Notes under the pieces: model-generated
Seen by the model: the letters and a program-made list of their open reading frames with translations, nothing else
The model's database searches: none
What the model was told of the DNA's origin: nothing
In this document: positions 15,920-21,455 of the stretch, in pieces
Layout: each line of letters starts with the position of its first letter
Numbering within the stretch: the first letter of the stretch is position 1
Program-made: the position numbers and the translations under genes
Virus record (IMG/VR): IMGVR_UViG_3300045988_117048
Coordinates: 1 to 48,231 of that record
Strand: one strand, 5' to 3'
Origin: a virus
Length of the DNA stretch: 48,231 nucleotides

Positions 15920-15948
15920 AATTTATCATTTGAACACTTTCGTTCAAA
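15920..15948 (-). promoter_or_regulatory. Promoter TTGAAC-16-TGaTAAATT overlapped by palindrome TTTGAAC-N6-GTTCAAA (15929-15948)
   Basis: Palindrome covers the -35 and spacer of the XRE-gene promoter; operator-like. Confidence 0.55.
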
Positions 15949-15969
15949 ATAACCCCCTTAAAATATGTT

Positions 15970-16128
15970 CTAATCGTTTTGACGATTTTTCTTAATATAA
16001 TCTAATATTGCTTCCCTCATAGCTTGTGAAGCAGTTGTGCATTTGCTAATGGCGACTTTTTTAAATTCTTCAGCCATCTCTTTTGACACTCTTGTAATCA
16101 TATTTACATCATATTTTTGTTTTTCCAC
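15970..16128 (-). CDS. Ribbon-helix-helix (Arc/CopG-like) protein, 52 aa, GTG start
   Basis: GGAGGT 8 nt before GTG; VNMITRVSKEMAEEFKKVA beta-alpha pattern; below ORF-track cutoff. Confidence 0.6.
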   Translation of the reverse strand: MEKQKYDVNMITRVSKEMAEEFKKVAISKCTTASQAMREAILDYIKKNRQND

Positions 16129-16158
16129 TTACTTATACCTCCTTTCAATTACATACTA

Positions 16159-16187
16159 ATTGTATCACAAATGGTATCTTATGTCAA
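16159..16187 (-). promoter_or_regulatory. Sigma-A-type promoter TTGACA-17-TACAAT with TGn
   Basis: Minus sense gtaTTGACAtaagataccatttgTGaTACAAT. Confidence 0.8.
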
Positions 16188-16201
16188 TACATTTTTGCAA
16201 A

Positions 16202-16233
16202 TAAAAAAAGACATTATTTAACAATTAATGTCT
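16202..16233 (-). terminator. Intrinsic terminator ending the late/lysis region
   Basis: Minus sense AGACAUUA-N9-UAAUGUCU followed by UUUUUUU; overlaps the endolysin stop. Confidence 0.8.
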
Positions 16234-17035
16234 CTCCTGCTTTTAAATCAATTTCATATGTGCTATCTTCTGTGATATTATAGATGTCTTTGTATGTTCC
16301 ACTTTCTTTAAGTTCTTCATCTAATGACTTAATTTCTTCTTTTAGTTTATCATTTTCTTCTTGCAACTCTGCCATTTGTTCTTGATGACTTTCGTTTGTT
16401 TTTCTTTCTAAATTTAATTTATCATTAAGTTCTTGAATTGTCTTTTCTTGTGCTGATATATATGTATTCAATTCATTTATCTTGTTATCTTTTTCTTTCA
16501 AAGAAGCATTCAATTTTTCTATTTCTGCTTCAAGTTCTTTTACTTTTGTATCATCTTTTTCTGTAGGCTTAGTTTCTTCTGGTGTATAGTATTTTAATGT
16601 TGCTTTTTCTAAAGTGCCTACCACTTGGTCAGGATATACATATTCATAATTCAAAGGGTTTACTCTACTTCCATTTAGGTTTACTCTATGATGGTCATGA
16701 ACTCCTAAAGATGTCCCTTTATTTCCCATTTTATTAATTAATGTGCCCATTGGATACTTTTGTCCAACCTTTAAACTACTTTGTTTATCAAAGTGTCCGT
16801 CTGCAATTATAAAAGTATTTCCCTCATCATCTACTACTTTATATTCTACAAACCAACCATAATCACTTGCATATGCATTTTGTGTGATTACACCATCGGC
16901 ACACATATAAACGCTTTTGTTATCATATTTTTTGTTCCCCACAGTTACTGCATTTGCTATATCTACTGCTTTATGCTTATTACTAAAGTATTGAGTAAAT
17001 GCTATGTATTTTGTTGGAAATTTAAGTTTAATCAT
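16214..17035 (-). CDS. Endolysin, M23/LytM-type peptidase domain plus long coiled coil
   Basis: HKAVDIA (HxxxD) and GVHDHH (HxH); directly downstream of the holin. Confidence 0.75.
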   Translation of the reverse strand: MIKLKFPTKYIAFTQYFSNKHKAVDIANAVTVGNKKYDNKSVYMCADGVITQNAYASDYGWFVEYKVVDDEGNTFIIADGHFDKQSSLKVGQKYPMGTLINKMGNKGTSLGVHDHHRVNLNGSRVNPLNYEYVYPDQVVGTLEKATLKYYTPEETKPTEKDDTKVKELEAEIEKLNASLKEKDNKINELNTYISAQEKTIQELNDKLNLERKTNESHQEQMAELQEENDKLKEEIKSLDEELKESGTYKDIYNITEDSTYEIDLKAGETLIVK

Positions 17036-17352
17036 TACTCTCCACTCCTTTCAAGTTTCTTCACTTTTTTCATTTCGCTAAATGGTTTGAATATTTTACT
17101 TTCTAAAGCACTATATAATAAATTAGCGTCTATCCAAGTAAAGAACCCAGCCCATACACAATAAATCCATGTTGCTTCACTAAATGATTTTGCAAACAAT
17201 GTTCCAATTATCATGCTTACTAAGAAACTAATTAGAAATAACCATTTTTTCTTACTTACTTGTTCTTTTATCTTTTGTACTGTTAAGGTAGTTACACACC
17301 CACTTGCTATTGCTATAACAAGTACTTGTTTTAATAAATCCATGTCTAACAT
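17035..17352 (-). CDS. Holin (105 aa, multiple TM segments, charged C-terminus)
   Basis: Hydrophobic segments VLVIAIASGCVTTL, LFLISFLVSMIIGTLF, IYCVWAGFFTW; ATGA overlap with the endolysin. Confidence 0.7.
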   Translation of the reverse strand: MLDMDLLKQVLVIAIASGCVTTLTVQKIKEQVSKKKWLFLISFLVSMIIGTLFAKSFSEATWIYCVWAGFFTWIDANLLYSALESKIFKPFSEMKKVKKLERSGE

Positions 17353-17364
17353 ATTATCTCTCCT

Positions 17365-17697
17365 TTATTCTATTTTTCCATTCCAATATTTGTCTACTAT
17401 ATTGTGTATAATATCGTGAGAATTTGACATTAAATCACACACGATTTCCTCATTAAAATCCATTTCCCAACTACAATATTCGTATATGTATATGTGCATT
17501 AATTCATGTAGCAATGCTCTGTTTTGTGAATAATAACAATTATTTACATTAAGAAATAACTTGTGGTCGCTATATCTAACGAAAGAATAAAGTCTTACTA
17601 TATCACTCGTATCAACGTCTTTATTGTATTCATCAAATATTTCATCATTCCCAACTTCTACTATCTCCCATGTATGGTCGTTCATTTTGAATTTCAT
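17365..17697 (-). CDS. Small HExxH zinc-metalloprotease-like protein (110 aa)
   Basis: ALLHELMHIY motif. Confidence 0.55.
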   Translation of the reverse strand: MKFKMNDHTWEIVEVGNDEIFDEYNKDVDTSDIVRLYSFVRYSDHKLFLNVNNCYYSQNRALLHELMHIYIYEYCSWEMDFNEEIVCDLMSNSHDIIHNIVDKYWNGKIE

Positions 17698-17725
17698 ATA
17701 ATCCCTCCTTATGATAATTATACCA

Positions 17726-17750
17726 TAAAAAAGAGAGTATTTCTACTCTC
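17726..17750 (-). terminator. Intrinsic terminator
   Basis: Minus sense GAGAGUA-GAAA-UACUCUC followed by UUUUUU; overlaps stop at 17743. Confidence 0.8.
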
Positions 17751-18225
17751 CATCAGTTTGCCATGTAAGCACTCCATTTATGTTCTTTAATGTTTGTGTT
17801 TTAGTAGCGTCATAGCCTGTTATTGTTGTTAACTTATCATCAACATATTTTTTTGTGGCAGGATTATAGTCGCCTGTTGGTGTGTATGCTTGTGTATTAT
17901 TAGACAATAATGCCCCAGGTAGTCCATTCCAAACCGAAGCAATGCGTGGGTTTGCTGGTGTATACTTTATTATATCATCTTTTATTATACCTTCCTTATC
18001 AAACCATGCATGGTATCTCATTCCTTTATATTCAAGGTAACCAATCAAATGGTTCCAAACTAATGCCGTAAAATCAAAATCGGTAGCGTAATTTATATCA
18101 TTTGTTTCTATATGAACAAGCGGTAAAATATTTTGGTCTCCAGTATGAAACCCGAAATAAACATTAGTCGGTATTACTTTATTCTTTTTATAATAATTAT
18201 AAATATAAGTAAGTTTAGTTTTCAT
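17743..18225 (-). CDS. Tail-fibre-like protein; frame stays open upstream to 18420 without any ATG/GTG/TTG
   Basis: First ATG at 18225 lacks a good RBS; the upstream 65 codons encode a carbohydrate-binding-like YTVGDYVSYQGKFYKC...W..EHW motif; C-terminus has ATKKYVDDKL. Confidence 0.5.
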   Translation of the reverse strand: MKTKLTYIYNYYKKNKVIPTNVYFGFHTGDQNILPLVHIETNDINYATDFDFTALVWNHLIGYLEYKGMRYHAWFDKEGIIKDDIIKYTPANPRIASVWNGLPGALLSNNTQAYTPTGDYNPATKKYVDDKLTTITGYDATKTQTLKNINGVLTWQTDGE

Positions 18226-18443
18226 TTCATCTTTTGTATCTTCATAATAAAGATATATGTTTGCGTCTTTCCCAAATTCATCTTTGACAGTAGTTTCACT
18301 CCAATGTTCACTATTCCATGCTTCTGCAGTTTCTATCGCAGTTGTACATTTATAGAATTTGCCTTGATATGATACGTAATCTCCTACTGTATATGTGCTT
18401 GTTGCGTTATTGTCACTTGTATATCTTTACTTATTTCACATCA

Positions 18444-18471
18444 ATTATATCATAAAATGTATTAAATTCAA
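18444..18471 (-). promoter_or_regulatory. Promoter TTGAAT-16-TGaTATAAT, 4 nt downstream of tRNA-Cys
   Basis: Minus sense TTGAATttaatacattttaTGaTATAAT. Confidence 0.65.
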
Positions 18472-18474
18472 AAT

Positions 18475-18551
18475 TGGAAGCAGTGATGGGATTTGAACCC
18501 ATGAGTAATGGTTTTGCAAACCATCTCCTTTGACCTCTTGGATACACTGCT
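18475..18551 (-). tRNA. tRNA-Cys: tRNA-Cys (anticodon GCA), CCA encoded
   Basis: Hand-folded cloverleaf: acceptor AGCAGTG/CACTGCT, anticodon arm ATGGT-TTGCAAA-ACCAT, T arm ATGGG-TTCAAAT-CCCAT, discriminator U73, CCA. Confidence 0.9.
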
Positions 18552-18569
18552 ATATTAGGGAATTAATCC

Positions 18570-18782
18570 CTATATTTTCATGCTTTGTACTTCTGTATAG
18601 AACATTTCCATAAGAGTGTTTGAGATATTCATGTATTTGTTTCTCTCATCTTCGGTTTCTGCTTCTTGTGCTAACCACTTCCATTTTTTAGCGTCACAGT
18701 ATAAGTCTATCACTCTCTTGGCATATCTCTTAGTTTCCATGCACTTTTCTTCTATTTTATCATAACTTTCCATATCTTTCAC
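18570..18782 (-). CDS. Hypothetical protein (70 aa)
   Basis: ORF track; abuts the upstream gene. Confidence 0.6.
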   Translation of the reverse strand: MKDMESYDKIEEKCMETKRYAKRVIDLYCDAKKWKWLAQEAETEDERNKYMNISNTLMEMFYTEVQSMKI

Positions 18783-19205
18783 CTATGCAATTTTCTTTAT
18801 GATAATATTTGTGTTCTCTACTAACATTGGTGTTGTATTAGTTGTGCTATTGTTCTTTATAGCAATAGTTTTAGAACCATTACATACTCTAATTAATCTT
18901 TGAGCATATACACCTAAATTAACATTAGCAGTAGCAACTGTGTAGTCCATTTGAGTGCCATTTAGGTTCTCACCATTTGAAGTCATAACAAGCCCTAATA
19001 CATCATTTGCAGTAGCACTAGTAATATTTGCTCTGAATAGTATCTCATAAATACCATTCTTTGTTAAAGTAAATAACCCACTACCTTGTTCATGTTCTAA
19101 AAAGCCTTGACATGAAGCACAACGAGTTCTAACACTATCGTTTGAAAATAACACATTAGAATTAATTGCCACTTCTTGTGAAACTTCGTTAATACTTTCT
19201 ATCAT
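18783..19205 (-). CDS. BclA C-terminal-domain-like (C1q/TNF-like) protein, 140 aa; start refined
   Basis: AAGGAG 7 nt before ATG 19205; GIYEILFRANITSATAN...NGENLNGT...NIIIKKIA resembles the BclA CTD incl. its C-terminal IIIEKVA. Confidence 0.6.
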   Translation of the reverse strand: MIESINEVSQEVAINSNVLFSNDSVRTRCASCQGFLEHEQGSGLFTLTKNGIYEILFRANITSATANDVLGLVMTSNGENLNGTQMDYTVATANVNLGVYAQRLIRVCNGSKTIAIKNNSTTNTTPMLVENTNIIIKKIA

Positions 19206-19261
19206 AAAAATTCTCCTTTCTGTAGTTTTTGAGAGTTTTTTTCTCCTGAAATATGTGATTT

Positions 19262-19330
19262 TGCACAATATTTTGAAATTTTTGTGCATTTTTGGGTTTT
19301 TAGACCCCCATTTTGCACAATTATTGTGCA
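19262..19330. promoter_or_regulatory. Operator-like inverted repeats TGCACAAT..N..TTGTGCA (19262-19288) and perfect palindrome TGCACAAT-T-ATTGTGCA (19314-19330)
   Basis: Read directly; located between a terminator and the BclA-like gene. Confidence 0.6.
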
Positions 19331-19331
19331 T

Positions 19332-19361
19332 TTTTAAAAAGATAGACTTTCGCCTATCTTT
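19332..19361 (-). terminator. Intrinsic terminator after the 19419-19958 gene
   Basis: Minus sense AAAGAUAGGC-GAAA-GUCUAUCUUU followed by UU. Confidence 0.55.
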
Positions 19362-19418
19362 GACTTCCCAATATAGGGAAAGCAATTTCCTGTAATCAGG
19401 TTACCAATAGGCTTTTGC

Positions 19419-19958
19419 TTAGATTATTGTTGAGTTTCCACAACCACAACTTGGATAAGTATGAAAACGTCCAAGTTGATTTAAAATATAAGAACTTTGG
19501 TCACGATTGCTTATTTCTGCTTTTGCGTCTAATAAAGCTGTTCTAAGTCCCTCAATGTAATTAGTTTGAATTAAATCTCTTGTCTTTTGATTTTCTTCAA
19601 TGATTAACTGCTTAGTTGCAGAGCAACATTCATTCATTTGAGCAGATAAAGTTTGAGTTTGAAGTGCATTATCATATCTATTTTGAATTATTTCTTTAGA
19701 TAATCCACAATCTCCTAATTGTGCTTGATATCTATTATTTAAGATTTCAGTACCTAAAGCATATTTAGTGTCTAATAAGTTAGTGTTTACATTAAATGTA
19801 TCTCTAGCCATTAGTCTATTGTCTAAGAACTCTTCACTAACTCCAGCAGCACTTCCACCACCAAAACCGAAACCATTACCAAATAGACCAGCAACAATAA
19901 GTAACATTATTACTCCCCAAATTCCACCAAATCCAAAATCAGTGTTATTTCCGTTCAT
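19419..19958 (-). CDS. Membrane protein with Gly/Phe-rich N-terminus and coiled-coil, Cys-rich C-terminus (179 aa)
   Basis: GFGGIWGVIMLLIVAGLFGNGFGFGGG TM region; ends ...SCGCGNSTII. Confidence 0.65.
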   Translation of the reverse strand: MNGNNTDFGFGGIWGVIMLLIVAGLFGNGFGFGGGSAAGVSEEFLDNRLMARDTFNVNTNLLDTKYALGTEILNNRYQAQLGDCGLSKEIIQNRYDNALQTQTLSAQMNECCSATKQLIIEENQKTRDLIQTNYIEGLRTALLDAKAEISNRDQSSYILNQLGRFHTYPSCGCGNSTII

Positions 19959-19991
19959 ATATTCACCTCCTTTCTATAATTTATATCAACA

Positions 19992-20231
19992 TTAATTAAT
20001 GTTAATGCCCATGCTTTTCAATTGGTTACTAACCTGTTCAGGATTTACTCCAGACTTTTCACAAGCCATAGCAAGTTGCTCTTTTTTGCTTCCACCTTGT
20101 TTCATAATTTCTTCAACTACTGGTATCGCATTAGCAATATTTGGATTACTTTTTGCTAGATTTTGTATCATTGCTTGTGGGTTTTTGCTCTTCATTATTT
20201 GTAACAACATTAGTGGATTGTTCATATACAT
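19992..20231 (-). CDS. Hypothetical protein (79 aa)
   Basis: AGGAG 5 nt before ATG; overlaps upstream ORF by 86 nt. Confidence 0.6.
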   Translation of the reverse strand: MYMNNPLMLLQIMKSKNPQAMIQNLAKSNPNIANAIPVVEEIMKQGGSKKEQLAMACEKSGVNPEQVSNQLKSMGININ

Positions 20232-20571
20232 TTAATCTCCTTTCTAGTTCTTGTATCTTTAAGTCTTTTTCATCGAGAGGTAGAACTACATCATATTCTT
20301 TAATATCTCCATTTAATTCTTTAATGTATAATTTGCCTTTTTTAGGCTCAAAGAACATTGTTTTCCTTTGAACGAGTATTTCATTAGGGTTTTCGTTTTC
20401 ATTCAAAATTCGTGCTTCAAATTCCATCTGAGAGCCATTTGTGTTTATAATATTCTGTATAGGTTGTTGCTGAGGCATATTTTGATAATTTTTTCTTAAA
20501 TTTTCCAATTCCTTAATTTGATTATCTATCCTATCAATAGGATTACCATAAGGATTATACATTCCATACAT
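20146..20571 (-). CDS. Hypothetical Gln/Asn-rich protein (141 aa); start refined
   Basis: AGGAG 9 nt before ATG at 20571. Confidence 0.6.
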   Translation of the reverse strand: MYGMYNPYGNPIDRIDNQIKELENLRKNYQNMPQQQPIQNIINTNGSQMEFEARILNENENPNEILVQRKTMFFEPKKGKLYIKELNGDIKEYDVVLPLDEKDLKIQELERRLNVYEQSTNVVTNNEEQKPTSNDTKSSKK

Positions 20572-20671
20572 CTTTATCATCTCCTAACAAAAAAAGAAGT
20601 AAAATAGTAACCATAATCGTTTTAAGACTTACTTTAAACTATTTCTTCCTCCTTTATGATTTAAGTTTACA

Positions 20672-20700
20672 ACAAAAAAAGAGACCACTATAGTCTCTTT
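20672..20700 (-). terminator. Intrinsic terminator
   Basis: Minus sense AAGAGAC-UAUAGUG-GUCUCUU followed by UUUUUU. Confidence 0.75.
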
Positions 20701-20945
20701 TATGACAACAACATATTTAATCTTGATACTTCTAAGTTCTTATATATGGCGTATTTTTCTTTTAACCTATTAACAATTCTACTAATATTTCTTTCACTTA
20801 TGTTTAATGCCAAAGACATTTGTACATAGGAATAATTTTTAATGTACATATCTAATACCTTTATCTCGTCTTCATCTAACGTCACTTTCAATATAAAGTC
20901 ATCATAGATTTGCTTTATTGATGGGTCTTTTTTCATATTTTTCAT
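20700..20945 (-). CDS. Small sigma-70 region-4-like HTH protein (81 aa); start refined
   Basis: DEIKVLDMYIKNYSYVQMSLALNISERNISRIVNRLKEKY. Confidence 0.55.
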   Translation of the reverse strand: MKNMKKDPSIKQIYDDFILKVTLDEDEIKVLDMYIKNYSYVQMSLALNISERNISRIVNRLKEKYAIYKNLEVSRLNMLLS

Positions 20946-21025
20946 ATATATCATTTCCCCTCTAATGACATTTTATGTTATTTTTTGTCATATTTACAGC
21001 CACTTTTAAGCCACATAAAGTGTGC

Positions 21026-21056
21026 AAATAAAAATACACCACTCGTTTAGTGATGT
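21026..21056 (-). terminator. Intrinsic terminator after the 21081-21398 gene
   Basis: Minus sense ACAUCACU-AAACG-AGUGGUGU followed by AUUUUUAUUU. Confidence 0.6.
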
Positions 21057-21084
21057 ATTATAACACATATTTTTATTTTGTCAA
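21057..21084 (-). promoter_or_regulatory. Promoter TTGACA-16-TGtTATAAT
   Basis: Minus sense gtcTTGACAaaataaaaatatgTGtTATAAT; overlaps the stop of the upstream gene. Confidence 0.6.
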
Positions 21085-21398
21085 GACAATTTTACACCAG
21101 TTTTTTTGATTTTCCATTTTTTGCTACGTTCATATAAATCGTGTATATAATTGTTTCCACCTCTGTCAAAATATCTATTGCATTTTTCGTTGAAACTCTT
21201 GTAAAGGTAATCTTCAACAAAGTCCATTTGGTCATATATATAAAATTTATTTGCCAAATCAGCCCTCATATCAGCAAGTTGGTCTTGTTTTAAATCCTTA
21301 AATTCTTTCAAAACTTTTTTAATCATAGTTATCATGTAGCCAATTACTACAGGAATTAAATATGAAATAATTTTTTCTATAATCAGTGATGTACTCAT
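21081..21398 (-). CDS. Small membrane protein (105 aa, N-terminal TM), own promoter
   Basis: IISYLIPVVIGYMITMI hydrophobic segment. Confidence 0.6.
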   Translation of the reverse strand: MSTSLIIEKIISYLIPVVIGYMITMIKKVLKEFKDLKQDQLADMRADLANKFYIYDQMDFVEDYLYKSFNEKCNRYFDRGGNNYIHDLYERSKKWKIKKTGVKLS

Positions 21399-21420
21399 AA
21401 AATCTTATCCTTTCATGTAC

Positions 21421-21449
21421 ATTATATTATACAATTCTCATTTTGTCAA
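21421..21449 (-). promoter_or_regulatory. Sigma-A-type promoter TTGACA-17-TATAAT
   Basis: Minus sense aatTTGACAaaatgagaattgtataaTATAAT directly after the tail-fibre stop. Confidence 0.75.
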
Positions 21450-21455
21450 ATTGTG

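Noticed and set aside
19206-19385. N-terminal 60-aa extension of the BclA-like ORF (track start 19385)
   Set aside because: The extension runs through a terminator and the palindromic operators and translates to Lys/Arg/Phe junk. A strong AAGGAG RBS precedes the internal ATG at 19205.
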